From: a virus
Taxonomy: Duplodnaviria > Caudoviricetes
DNA: 64,000 bases
IMG/VR virus record: IMGVR_UViG_3300037067_006220
Location: 1,873 to 65,872 of that record
Direction: 5' to 3' (one strand)
The position numbers were made by a program, and so were the translations under genes. Of the stretch, positions 55,306 to 64,000 are shown in pieces. Below the pieces are notes generated by a model that saw nothing but the letters and a program-made list of their open reading frames with translations, made no database searches and had not been told where the DNA came from. Positions within the stretch are counted from its first letter, which is position 1. Each line of letters starts with the position of its first letter.

Positions 55306-55383
55306 AGCGGAGTGGCCTAGTATGGTTAAGGCACTTGTTTTGGGAACAAGGGATCGGGGGTTCAAATCCTCTCTCCGCTACCA
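55306..55383 (+). tRNA. tRNA-Pro(UGG)
   Basis: AGCGGAG/CTCCGCT acceptor, GCCT/AGGC D stem, CTTGT-TTTGGGA-ACAAG, TTCAAAT loop, encoded CCA. Confidence 0.92.
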
Positions 55384-55387
55384 GTTT

Positions 55388-55463
55388 GTACCCGTAGCTC
55401 AAAGGATAGAGCAGAAGTTCTCTAAACTTATGGCTGCAGGTTCGAGTCCTGCCGGGTACTCCA
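55388..55463 (+). tRNA. tRNA-Arg(UCU) with atypical anticodon loop
   Basis: GTACCCG/CGGGTAC acceptor, GCTC/GAGC D stem with A20, loop TCTCTAA, TTCGAGT, CCA. Confidence 0.85.
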
Positions 55464-55465
55464 AG

Positions 55466-55578
55466 TTTCCGTGGGTAAGGGGGGTTCATCGAATAGGAGC
55501 AAAATTAGGTGAGCACATTTTCTAAGTATAGGGAATGGATGGAGAGCTGCCTCGCTCAGAAATGATTGCCCACGGAAA
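55466..55578 (+). ncRNA. candidate 113-nt structured RNA
   Basis: Closing stem TTTCCGTGGGTAA/TTGCCCACGGAAA; nested TCAT/ATGA and TGAGC/GCTCA. Confidence 0.4.
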
Positions 55579-55671
55579 GAATTTAGTAAGTGTGTGTGCG
55601 TGTACTTATGTGTATGTGCAAGTATTTAATAAAATCAATGAACATTCAATTTTTTGGAGGAGTATAAGTAT

Positions 55672-56970
55672 ATGTCGAACGAACAAGTAACAGGAAATAA
55701 ACCTGAAACCGCGAATAAGTTAGCTGAGATCGCAGCTAAACGGGGAATTGACAAATCAGCGGCTAAAGAAAAGGTAACAAGCGAATTGCTCACGGAATCA
55801 ATGAAAATCGCAAATGCATCAGAAACCGAACCAAGCTCAACATCAACAACACCAGCACCGGCCACAAGTGCCAAATCGGATGCGTTCGTGGGCGATAACG
55901 GAGAGCAATTGATATATCTATTGCCCGAAGATATCGAAGTCCCCGATGAAACGATGGATGTAAGACCGTTTACAAATAAGTTCGGCGGCGGGGACAAGGA
56001 AACCGAAGCGATTGCGGCGATGGCTGCAAGCATGGAGAAGGTCGGGCAAATATTGCCAGTGCGTGTAAGGTATGGCACCAAAGGTCAGTACGTTTTGGTG
56101 GATGGCAGACGTAGAACTATGGCTATCGGCATGGTGAACGCCAGTAAAGCAAAAGGTCAAGAACTCATGCGCGTAGCATGTGTAGTTGGCAAAGACGACA
56201 TGACTAAAATGAGCAAAGTGCTGGGTAAAGCACATAGGCGTTCGATGATGGCGAATATTCATGCCGCAAGAATGAACCCGATGGACATGGCTGAAGACAT
56301 GCGAAGGCTGAGAGAACAATACAAGTGGGTGGGGAACCAGGGGACTAAAAATATTGCCGAATATTTGCAAGTCAGTCCAGCCACAGTTATTCAGTATGAA
56401 AAGTTCCTGAAGCTTGACAAAGAACATCAGGAGCAAATATATAATGGCACCATCAGCTTGGATGCCGCGTTTGCGCTTGTAAATGTCGTACCGGAAAAGC
56501 GTAATGAAGTGCTGGCGAAAGCGAAAGAATTGGACGAAAAAGAAAAAGAAGCTCATGCTGAAAAAGTGGTAGTGGCAGCTACAGAGCCAGCAAATACCAG
56601 CAAAACTTCACGCGCACCTAGGACCACTACTGCGTTAAAATCCCGGCATGTCAAAGAAGCTGCCCGACAAGTCGAAGGCGCTACCGAAAAGAAAACCTCA
56701 CGCAGCAAAAAGGAAATCGTCGAATTCATGGATGCGCTCGAAGGGCCGATCAGCGGGCATAGTGATGGTGTGCCACATAGATTTTTGCGTGAGTTTCATG
56801 CATATGCAGCCGGTGGGAGCAGCGATAAAAAGCTCGAAAAGCTTTGGCTTGAGCTTATTGAACGCGCACCTAAAGGCAGCACCAGGCCGGATACCAAACC
56901 AGTTAGCAGTAAGCTACCAGCCGAGCCGACAAGTAAGCCAGCAGCAAAGGCCACCAGTAAAAAGAAATAA
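55672..56970 (+). CDS. ParB-like protein (ParB N-terminal domain + HTH)
   Basis: GQILPV.VR...LVDGRRR; IAEYLQVSPATV; GGAGGAG SD. Confidence 0.85.
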   Translation: MSNEQVTGNKPETANKLAEIAAKRGIDKSAAKEKVTSELLTESMKIANASETEPSSTSTTPAPATSAKSDAFVGDNGEQLIYLLPEDIEVPDETMDVRPFTNKFGGGDKETEAIAAMAASMEKVGQILPVRVRYGTKGQYVLVDGRRRTMAIGMVNASKAKGQELMRVACVVGKDDMTKMSKVLGKAHRRSMMANIHAARMNPMDMAEDMRRLREQYKWVGNQGTKNIAEYLQVSPATVIQYEKFLKLDKEHQEQIYNGTISLDAAFALVNVVPEKRNEVLAKAKELDEKEKEAHAEKVVVAATEPANTSKTSRAPRTTTALKSRHVKEAARQVEGATEKKTSRSKKEIVEFMDALEGPISGHSDGVPHRFLREFHAYAAGGSSDKKLEKLWLELIERAPKGSTRPDTKPVSSKLPAEPTSKPAAKATSKKK

Positions 56971-57003
56971 ACAGTACCGTTAGCAGGTAGTTTGCAGAGT
57001 TTT

Positions 57004-58272
57004 ATGCGCGTGTTTGGGGGTACTGTGAAAGGTAAAACAGCTAGTAAACGGCTGGATGTAAGTAACTCACCACTAGGCAGACCGGATAGACCCATACATA
57101 TACTGGCGGGAAAGATACAAGAGTATGTATTTTTCCCGTCACCGGACCCGCTGTATGTAGTATTGGGGACATTAGCGGCAAACATGCTTAAAGGTGTCCC
57201 GGTATGGATAGTGCTTGTGGGACCACCAGCAAGTGGGAAAACGTTATTATTGGATATGCTATATATAAATCGCCAAGTTAGGCTGCCTAATCTACATACC
57301 GTGGACATGATAAAAGGCACTGGGGCGTTATTAAGCGGTGTAAATAAAAAGGACAAAACTAAGGATGCTACAGGCGGGTTATTGCAGCAGATCGGCAAAA
57401 AGGGCATATTGATTATTAAAGATTTTACTTCAATGATGAGCTTGCCACATGAAGTATTGATTGAAACTATCGGTGCATTCAGAAGGATTTATGATGGTGC
57501 ATGGGATAGGCCGGTAGGTAGTGACGGCGGCAAAGTACTTACATGGGACGGTAAGATCGGCATGCTGACAGCTTGCACGGGGGTTATTGATAGACACCAC
57601 CAGCTATTGAGCGAACTTGGCGAACGGTGGATGTATTATAGGTACGATGCATCCGATGGTTATGGCGAAACCAAAGCCGTGCTGGATAATACCGACCCCA
57701 AAGCAAGCATGTTATTGCTGCATGAGCTTATTAAGGAATTTCTGGATCATGTTGGTGTTAGCTGGGATGTAGACGGCATGGAAAGAAGAGAACTTAGTAG
57801 TTTAGAATCTAATAGGCTATTTAGTTTGGCCGCGTTTGCAGCAGCCAGTAGAAGTCCAGTCGGTAGGGATTGGCGGACTAAAGAAATAACCGATGTGCCG
57901 GAAACCGAGAAACCGACTAGATTAGCGGCTGCACTAGGACAATTGTATTTGGGGCTGGAAATTATTGGCTTGGACGATGTGGAACGCTGGCGGGTAGTAA
58001 GCAGGGTCGCGCTTGATTCAGTGCCAAGATTAAGAAGTATGATAATCAAGCATGCCATGAATGGTGGGGCATATAGTGTAGCAAGCTTAAAAGATATTAT
58101 CGGTTGCGGCAATAATACAATCCGTTGGGCATTTGAAGAAATGGAACGCCATGGGGTATTCGAGCAAGTAGAACGCGGCGATAGATTAGGCGATAAGGTA
58201 GGCAGCTGGAGGTTGACTCAATGGAGCCGGAAATGTTTGCGGCTTGGCTGGGAAGGGGAAGTGAGTAGGTAA
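57004..58272 (+). CDS. AAA+ ATPase (MCM-like helicase candidate) with C-terminal winged HTH
   Basis: GPPASGKT Walker A, ILIIKDF Walker B-like, LGERW. Confidence 0.75.
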   Translation: MRVFGGTVKGKTASKRLDVSNSPLGRPDRPIHILAGKIQEYVFFPSPDPLYVVLGTLAANMLKGVPVWIVLVGPPASGKTLLLDMLYINRQVRLPNLHTVDMIKGTGALLSGVNKKDKTKDATGGLLQQIGKKGILIIKDFTSMMSLPHEVLIETIGAFRRIYDGAWDRPVGSDGGKVLTWDGKIGMLTACTGVIDRHHQLLSELGERWMYYRYDASDGYGETKAVLDNTDPKASMLLLHELIKEFLDHVGVSWDVDGMERRELSSLESNRLFSLAAFAAASRSPVGRDWRTKEITDVPETEKPTRLAAALGQLYLGLEIIGLDDVERWRVVSRVALDSVPRLRSMIIKHAMNGGAYSVASLKDIIGCGNNTIRWAFEEMERHGVFEQVERGDRLGDKVGSWRLTQWSRKCLRLGWEGEVSR

Positions 58273-58318
58273 ATAAGTAAGTAAATAATTTCAATCCTGA
58301 TGGGGGATAAGTATAAAT

Positions 58319-58870
58319 ATGAAACTATATAAATTAACCGACCAGTTTTTTGAAACTAAAAATCACACTCTTTGGGGCGAAGGCATAACGCATGAAGCAG
58401 CTGAAGGCGATGGAAAGTTATGTAGTAAATATTGGCTACATGCGTATACCGATCCGATACTGGCTATAATGATGAATCCAACACATGCAAATATTAAAAA
58501 CCCTATCCTTTGGGAAGCTAAAGGCGAAATAGGTATATCGGATGGCACTAAAGTAGGCTGCAAGAAACTTACTACGATCAAACAGATACCATTGCCGGAA
58601 ATCAATACCGTGCAAAAGGTTGCGTTTGGTATATTGTGTGCTAAGCAAGTATGTAAAAATGTTAAGTGGAATATTTGGGCGGACAGGTGGCTGGATGGTA
58701 GCGACCGGACTAAAAAGTCTGCTTATGCTTATGCTGCTACTGCTACTGCTGCTGCTACTGCTGCTTATGCTTATGCTGCTGCTGCTTATGCTGCTGCTGC
58801 TTATGCTGCAAAAGCCCAAACCGTCATTGACTTCATTGCCCTTGCACACGCTGCGATGGAAATTAAATAA
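58319..58870 (+). CDS. phage protein with Ala/Tyr low-complexity C-terminus
   Basis: AYAYAATATAAATAAYAYAAAAYAAAAYAA. Confidence 0.8.
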   Translation: MKLYKLTDQFFETKNHTLWGEGITHEAAEGDGKLCSKYWLHAYTDPILAIMMNPTHANIKNPILWEAKGEIGISDGTKVGCKKLTTIKQIPLPEINTVQKVAFGILCAKQVCKNVKWNIWADRWLDGSDRTKKSAYAYAATATAAATAAYAYAAAAYAAAAYAAKAQTVIDFIALAHAAMEIK

Positions 58871-60552
58871 TGTCCACACTTGAGCAATTAGACGGATTGA
58901 CACCAAACGATTTAGGCTTTGATACAGCCGACTTCAAAAGCTTCCGTGTGAATCCGTCTACTGGGCAGCAAGTGCAATTGGAAGCTATTGAGTTTGGTGT
59001 GACATGCAGCAAAAGGTTTGTGGGTATAAATGCTGCAACGGGGCTGGGTAAGACACTTATAGCAGCCAGCATAGCCAAACTTACAGGCATGCGGACGGTA
59101 ATATTAACTGCTACCAAAGGACTTCAGGAGCAGTATAAAAATTCCCTTGGCAAATATGGGCTAGTGGATATCCGTGGCAGAAGCAATTACGAATGCAGCG
59201 ATTATGGGAATTTGAATTGCAAATCCGGTGCCAGCTTAGGATGTGCATGTGTCGGCGGAAACGGGTGTACTTATGAACGCGCGAGGGACAAAGCTAGAAA
59301 TGCGTTGATGGTGAGTGCCAATTATGCGTACTGGATGACAGCTAACGACAAAGCCAACGGTATTGAAAGGACTAACGAAGAAGCCATTTGGAAAGGCAAG
59401 AATCCGGTAGAGTTATTGGTATGCGACGAAGCACATATTGCACCTGACTGGCTTGAAAGCTACTTGAGTACTAAGATACACCAAAATGACCTAAAGCCGT
59501 ATGCCGATATCAAGCATATCGGCACTGATATGAAATCATGGAAGGATATTGCGTATCGTGCCGTGGAAGATTTGAATAATAAAATAGGTGATGAAAAGAT
59601 TAAGTTACTTAAACTTGGCAAGCATCGTGTTACGCCGAAAATGGTTAGTGACTTGCATACACTTGAAAGTTTGCAGCAAAAGTACGACCGCATAGCTAAA
59701 GCAGTAAGTGATGATTGGGTAATTGAGCTACACGAAGGCACAAGATATGGACGTGTATGGACATTTGATGTTATTTGGCCGGGCAGGTACGCAGAAAAGT
59801 ATTTATTTTGCGGTATGCCGAAAGTAATACTTATGAGTGCTACATTACGGCCAAAAACATTGGGGCTTTTAGGTATTAGTAAGGAAGTCAGTGAATTCCG
59901 TGAGTGGGATAGGATGTTTCCAGCAAATAGAAATCCTATATATAGCATACCAGCTAAGGGGGTGAGTGGTAATGAAATCCGCATTGATAGGCACACGAAC
60001 GAAAATGATATGCTTTCTTGGGTTGAGCATATTGACACTATTATTGATGGGCGTCTGGACCGTAAAGGTATCATCCAGACAGTCAGCTACCAACGGCAAG
60101 GATTTTTGTTTGCTCATAGTAGACACGGTAATATTATGGTGGGCAATACAGCGGACCCAGATAGCGATACAGCAATACAAGTCGCGGAAGAATTTAGAAA
60201 AAGTCCTGCTCCAAAGATATTGGTAAGTCCTAGTTTTAGCATGGGGTGGGACTTCCCCCGATCCGAATGTGAATATATTATAGTCGCCAAGATCCCCTTT
60301 AAACCACAACAGAGTAAAGTTATGAAAGCCCGCGAAAATAGAGACAAACAATATGGGGCTTATATGGCTATGCAAGAATTAATACAAAGTTGCGGGCGCG
60401 GAATGAGGAGTTTTGATGATCGGTGCGAAACTATCATAGTCGATGGTCATTTATCGTGGTTTTTGTATGCTAATAAAAGTTTGGCATGTAGTTGGTTTGT
60501 GAACGCAGTTAGGAAAGTTAATAGTATTCCGACTGCGCCTATTAAACTTTAA
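58870..60552 (+). CDS. DinG/XPD-like SF2 helicase
   Basis: AATGLGKT, Cys cluster, CDEAH, MSATL, QSCGRGMRSFDD. Confidence 0.88.
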   Translation: MSTLEQLDGLTPNDLGFDTADFKSFRVNPSTGQQVQLEAIEFGVTCSKRFVGINAATGLGKTLIAASIAKLTGMRTVILTATKGLQEQYKNSLGKYGLVDIRGRSNYECSDYGNLNCKSGASLGCACVGGNGCTYERARDKARNALMVSANYAYWMTANDKANGIERTNEEAIWKGKNPVELLVCDEAHIAPDWLESYLSTKIHQNDLKPYADIKHIGTDMKSWKDIAYRAVEDLNNKIGDEKIKLLKLGKHRVTPKMVSDLHTLESLQQKYDRIAKAVSDDWVIELHEGTRYGRVWTFDVIWPGRYAEKYLFCGMPKVILMSATLRPKTLGLLGISKEVSEFREWDRMFPANRNPIYSIPAKGVSGNEIRIDRHTNENDMLSWVEHIDTIIDGRLDRKGIIQTVSYQRQGFLFAHSRHGNIMVGNTADPDSDTAIQVAEEFRKSPAPKILVSPSFSMGWDFPRSECEYIIVAKIPFKPQQSKVMKARENRDKQYGAYMAMQELIQSCGRGMRSFDDRCETIIVDGHLSWFLYANKSLACSWFVNAVRKVNSIPTAPIKL

Positions 60553-60568
60553 CAGGGGGGATATAGAC

Positions 60569-60961
60569 ATGAATGATATTGATGATTTACAAAGAGAGGT
60601 AGCGAAGTTGAAGTTAGAATTTTCTAAAAAAGAAACTATTGCCACGGATACACAGGCACGGATACATGACCTTGAATCGAAAACTAAACATCTGTCATGT
60701 AGTATAGATAATCATCGGCTGCTTGTTGGTAATTTACAAGCTGATATAGAACGCACATTTGGTAGGATAGTTGCTTTGGAAGAACGCTTGAGTATATTTA
60801 TGAAGTTGACTGAAAACAAACCGGACGAACCTAAAGAGGTATCTCGATCCACGGCTGGTCATGTATCTACCAAGAATGGGTGTATTCGGGTGTATAGTGA
60901 AAACCCTAACCTTCGTGACCGTATTATTGAATTACTTAATAAATACGGTGCTGGTGAATAA
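60569..60961 (+). CDS. coiled-coil hypothetical protein
   Basis: GGGGG SD. Confidence 0.7.
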   Translation: MNDIDDLQREVAKLKLEFSKKETIATDTQARIHDLESKTKHLSCSIDNHRLLVGNLQADIERTFGRIVALEERLSIFMKLTENKPDEPKEVSRSTAGHVSTKNGCIRVYSENPNLRDRIIELLNKYGAGE

Positions 60962-60987
60962 TTCGTGATTTTTGTTGTATATTTTCA

Positions 60988-61017
60988 TTGACAGTACATT
61001 ACATACCGTGTTACTGT
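60988..61017 (+). promoter_or_regulatory. sigma70-like promoter TTGACA-N18-TACTGT with extended TG; overlapping ACAGTA/TACTGT inverted repeat
   Basis: Read directly. Confidence 0.55.
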
Positions 61018-61171
61018 AATACTTATCAAGGGGATGTGGAAATGGCAAGCCGAGCAGCAAGTAATTCAGCAATCAATTCAATTAGCTTTTCAGCCCGCCT
61101 TTCAAACATCCAAGAAGGTGGTCACTTTCAAGTGTGAATTCACATAAACATTTTCAAAGGAGTTTTTATTT

Positions 61172-62080
61172 ATGCCTCGTGTAAGCATGAAAAAGGAAGA
61201 CATGATGGGGGTGGGATTTTTCAAGGAAGGCAACGTGGAGATCGTGAAAGCGGTTTGCGCGGCCTACCAGTTCCCACCGAACAGCAAAACCGGCGTTCAA
61301 AGCGATCCGTTTCCGGCAGTAGTATTCAGCTTCGTTCAGCTTGGCGAAGATTGGTCTAGACCGGATGATGCCGAAACACAGGATTTGCCGATCCGCATTG
61401 GAAGTTTCGACAAAATCCGCCCTGGAAATTTGTCCGACCCCAATGACTTGGAAGCCGACCCTGAAGATTTGGGTTCCGAAGTCGGCACGGAAGGTAACAG
61501 CATTTACGGAGATGACGGCGCAAGGTTAGGATTTAATTGGCCCGCGTTCGTGGAAAGCTTGAAAAAGGCTGGGTTCAAGCCGAACATTATCGACCGTATC
61601 TACATGCCCGACTACAAGGGCATGAAGTGCCATCTGAAGCAAGTGGCAACCGGAAGCAAGTACGAAGACAAGATCACGCATGAGCAAAAGGACAGCATGA
61701 CTTGGGTTTGCACGGAAATCCAGACCTTCCCGTATGAAAAGAAAGCCCAAGCAGGCAAGGCAGGCAGCAAACCAGCAGCGGCAAGCACAAAGGCTGGTGT
61801 GAAAAATACGGCGTCCGAAGCCGACCCCAAGAGTGTTATATTGACGCTTTTGGCCGACCCGAGCGATCAATTCAAAAAGATGGTTCCTGCTGAAAAAGCC
61901 ATCAAGCGCCAAGTGTTCCAGGTGCAAATGATGCAGGAGCTTATACGCCGCAAAGTCCAGCCGGTCAGCGTCCACAGCCAAGTCAGCGCATGGTTGAAGG
62001 AAGACGAAAACTTGACGGCGCTGGCGGAAGAAGTTGGCTTTGCGGTTGACTTGGAAGCCGGAACCGTAATGTTTGCGTAA
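61172..62080 (+). CDS. putative highly expressed DNA-binding protein (SSB-like candidate)
   Basis: AAAGGAG SD, C-ending codon bias, beta-rich N-domain, Ala/Lys linker. Confidence 0.55.
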   Translation: MPRVSMKKEDMMGVGFFKEGNVEIVKAVCAAYQFPPNSKTGVQSDPFPAVVFSFVQLGEDWSRPDDAETQDLPIRIGSFDKIRPGNLSDPNDLEADPEDLGSEVGTEGNSIYGDDGARLGFNWPAFVESLKKAGFKPNIIDRIYMPDYKGMKCHLKQVATGSKYEDKITHEQKDSMTWVCTEIQTFPYEKKAQAGKAGSKPAAASTKAGVKNTASEADPKSVILTLLADPSDQFKKMVPAEKAIKRQVFQVQMMQELIRRKVQPVSVHSQVSAWLKEDENLTALAEEVGFAVDLEAGTVMFA

Positions 62081-62127
62081 AGGCAGCAAGGGGAGCATTC
62101 AATAATTAACAATTAACCATTAACCAT

Positions 62128-62161
62128 ATCGGGGGATAGCATAAGGGGACTATCTCCCGAT
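62128..62161 (+). terminator. hairpin ATCGGGGGATAG-N10-CTATCTCCCGAT
   Basis: 12 bp with one G-T; no U tract. Confidence 0.35.
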
Positions 62162-62184
62162 TAGACAAGCATGGGAAAGGGTAT

Positions 62185-62424
62185 ATGATATTTAGGTACA
62201 AAAATATACGTGAACATACAAAACTACGAGCTAAGCAAAATCCTATCATCGGCCCGGTTGATTTTAGCGTAAGGGTAAATGTATCCGACTCACGGCAAGT
62301 ACGTAGAAGGAAATTACGCTTGGAAGCCTTCAAGAGCATGACGGATATGTATTCGGGTGAATCGCGGAAGGTACGGAGAAGTATGGCGTTCGATGCAATA
62401 AGGAATGCTGCAAAAGTACAGTAG
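62185..62424 (+). CDS. basic hypothetical protein
   Basis: GAAAGGG SD. Confidence 0.6.
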   Translation: MIFRYKNIREHTKLRAKQNPIIGPVDFSVRVNVSDSRQVRRRKLRLEAFKSMTDMYSGESRKVRRSMAFDAIRNAAKVQ

Positions 62425-62430
62425 GTAATC

Positions 62431-63063
62431 ATGCAAATTATTGAACAAGTCGAAGTAAAATTAAATTGGGAAGATTTCAATAATTTGCATGTGCATCCGT
62501 ATCCGACGCACAAACGCAGCAAGGGCATACATGTAAGCGATATTTTAAGGAAAATTGCAATTAAGACACAGGTATTAAAAGAATCCGAAATTGAGGAAGA
62601 ATTCGCACCGTTAAGAGTATTTTTGGGCTTAGCTTGGGAGCAGCAATGCGTCAGGCTGTATAAGGGTATAAAATGGCAACCAGGTGAATTGAAACGTGAC
62701 GGCATAGCAGGGAGCCCGGATGGAGAGAGTATATGCCCTAATGATTATTATCCCCCAGCTTCGATGACAGACCAAGTTATCATTGAAGAATTCAAATACA
62801 CAGCTAAATCATGCCGTATACCAGGAAGCACACCCGATACAGTACGTGACATAACTCAAGACTGGCTGTGGCGCAATCAAGTCTTAGCATATATGGCAAT
62901 GCACCCCGATAAGCCTACATTAGTTAGGTGGCACATTTGTTATTGTAACGGGAATTATGTTTATCCGCTAACTGAAAAATATTACCGTTACTTGGTTCGC
63001 GCCACCCCACAAGAAATAGAAAATTGCTGGACGATGATAAAAAAGAATAAGTATTTGGTTTAA
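62431..63063 (+). CDS. PD-(D/E)XK exonuclease
   Basis: GIHVSD...G..WE...GSPDG...IEEFKYT. Confidence 0.8.
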   Translation: MQIIEQVEVKLNWEDFNNLHVHPYPTHKRSKGIHVSDILRKIAIKTQVLKESEIEEEFAPLRVFLGLAWEQQCVRLYKGIKWQPGELKRDGIAGSPDGESICPNDYYPPASMTDQVIIEEFKYTAKSCRIPGSTPDTVRDITQDWLWRNQVLAYMAMHPDKPTLVRWHICYCNGNYVYPLTEKYYRYLVRATPQEIENCWTMIKKNKYLV

Positions 63064-63080
63064 AATTTGGGAGTAATCTG

Positions 63081-63422
63081 ATGGGGATTACGATGGGGAT
63101 TACGAACGAGCAAATTAGCAAACTTCAAGACTTGCATGATAAACTAAGCAAGGAAATTTACCTTAACAGCTTAAAGCTTGCACCAGCCAAGCTTACATAT
63201 TGTCCGCTGCTTATATGCGACACATGCAAAAAATCCACCCAGCATAAATTCATCGGCAAAGAACATATATATCAAAATAAACTAGCTGGTGATAGGTTGA
63301 TGCACCAGTATACGTGTTTGGTTTGTGGCGGAAAACGGTTTTATGGTAATGAAATCACACCCGGCAAACCACCAAGGATAAGAAGAAAGAACTATTCCGT
63401 AAGAGGCAAGTACAAAAAGTAA
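63081..63422 (+). CDS. Zn-ribbon protein
   Basis: CDTC...CLVCG. Confidence 0.6.
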   Translation: MGITMGITNEQISKLQDLHDKLSKEIYLNSLKLAPAKLTYCPLLICDTCKKSTQHKFIGKEHIYQNKLAGDRLMHQYTCLVCGGKRFYGNEITPGKPPRIRRKNYSVRGKYKK

Positions 63423-63462
63423 GAAGTAAACAATTTAAAAAACGAAGGGACTCACAAATATT

Positions 63463-64000
63463 ATGGCAAAAACACAATCTACCCCCAGTACGGCTGTAGC
63501 AAAAGTATCCGAAAGTTCATTAACGAAACTTGTTAATAGCTTGGTTGCTCAAGCCAAGGCATTCGTTATTAAATGTAACGATGACTGCGAACGAGCAACG
63601 GAAATACAAGGCCGTTTTAAGGAAGCCCGCAAAACCGTCAAGGAAGTCCTGGGTGACCAAGTGGAAGCGGCACATCAGGCACATGTAGTAGCCAAAGCCA
63701 AGTTTAATCAATATGATAATCCATTGGCTGAAGGATATACGATTTTAGGTTCTAAAGTAGGTGATTACGTTCGGCAGCAGCAGGCACTTAAGGATGCTGA
63801 AGACAGAAGGTTGAAACTTGCAGCTGAACAAAAGGCTATCGAGGACGCCGAAGAATTACGCACCCAGCAGGCACAAAACTTGATGGAAGCTGGCAAAATT
63901 GACGAAGCTCAAGAACTTATTGATGCCCCGGTTGATATTGAGCCAGTCAAAGTTAGGTCGGCTGAAAGAACAGTATTTGTGCCTAAAGTGGACATGCGGA
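63463..64000 (+). CDS. helical hypothetical phage protein (runs off the window)
   Basis: Open frame from ATG 63463 (MAKTQSTP...), GAAGGGA SD. Confidence 0.75.
   Translation, partial: MAKTQSTPSTAVAKVSESSLTKLVNSLVAQAKAFVIKCNDDCERATEIQGRFKEARKTVKEVLGDQVEAAHQAHVVAKAKFNQYDNPLAEGYTILGSKVGDYVRQQQALKDAEDRRLKLAAEQKAIEDAEELRTQQAQNLMEAGKIDEAQELIDAPVDIEPVKVRSAERTVFVPKVDMR

Larger units (their letters stand above)
1..64000. mobile_element. Tailed bacteriophage genome segment, podovirus-like
   Basis: Terminase, portal, scaffold, capsid, tail, lysozyme and PolA genes in two divergent blocks; no host housekeeping genes; no integrase or tape measure gene seen. Confidence 0.97.

Noticed and set aside
55388-55463. 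Amber recoding of the genome via a CUA-anticodon tRNA
   Set aside because: Stem symmetry centres the loop on UCU; TAG ends intact genes such as the capsid gene, and ORFs are not fragmented
58436-58906. Antisense poly-Ser and off-frame poly-Leu ORFs
   Set aside because: Shadows of the Ala-repeat microsatellite in the real gene
393-63711. Many opposite-strand or nested ORFs in the supplied track
   Set aside because: They overlap longer, motif-supported genes and lack SD sequences or domains

Overview
The whole window is tailed-phage DNA (Caudoviricetes) with no host genes and no integrase. The architecture is podovirus-like: no tape measure or sheath gene, but a GNAT + ejection-protein block. 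It has three blocks. (1) 1-5174 (+): end of the replication operon, with a family-A DNA polymerase split into a UDG/3'-5' exonuclease ORF and a polymerase ORF, then an HNH gene. (2) 5171-44723 (-): late operon with lysozyme/holin, an outer-membrane beta-barrel-like gene, TerS-radical SAM-TerL, portal, scaffold, major capsid, tail, tailspike and ejection genes, ending in a degenerate Cas4/AddB-like gene. (3) 45277-64000 (+): early and replication genes, including a partial beta-clamp, an intein-containing SF1 helicase, two tRNAs, ParB-like, AAA+, DinG-like helicase and PD-(D/E)XK nuclease. The most unusual signals are: a perfect 48-bp inverted repeat (50321-50488) directly upstream of a promoter and two paralogous Zn-ribbon/RHH proteins; signal peptides on a tailspike and on a fibre-like head-module protein, alongside other envelope-targeted genes; two tRNAs with non-canonical identity/loop bases followed by a possible 113-nt ncRNA; a radical SAM gene wedged between the terminase subunits; and repeat arrays at the divergent strand switch (44.7-46.1 kb). 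All product calls come from motifs recognised by eye; no database search was run.
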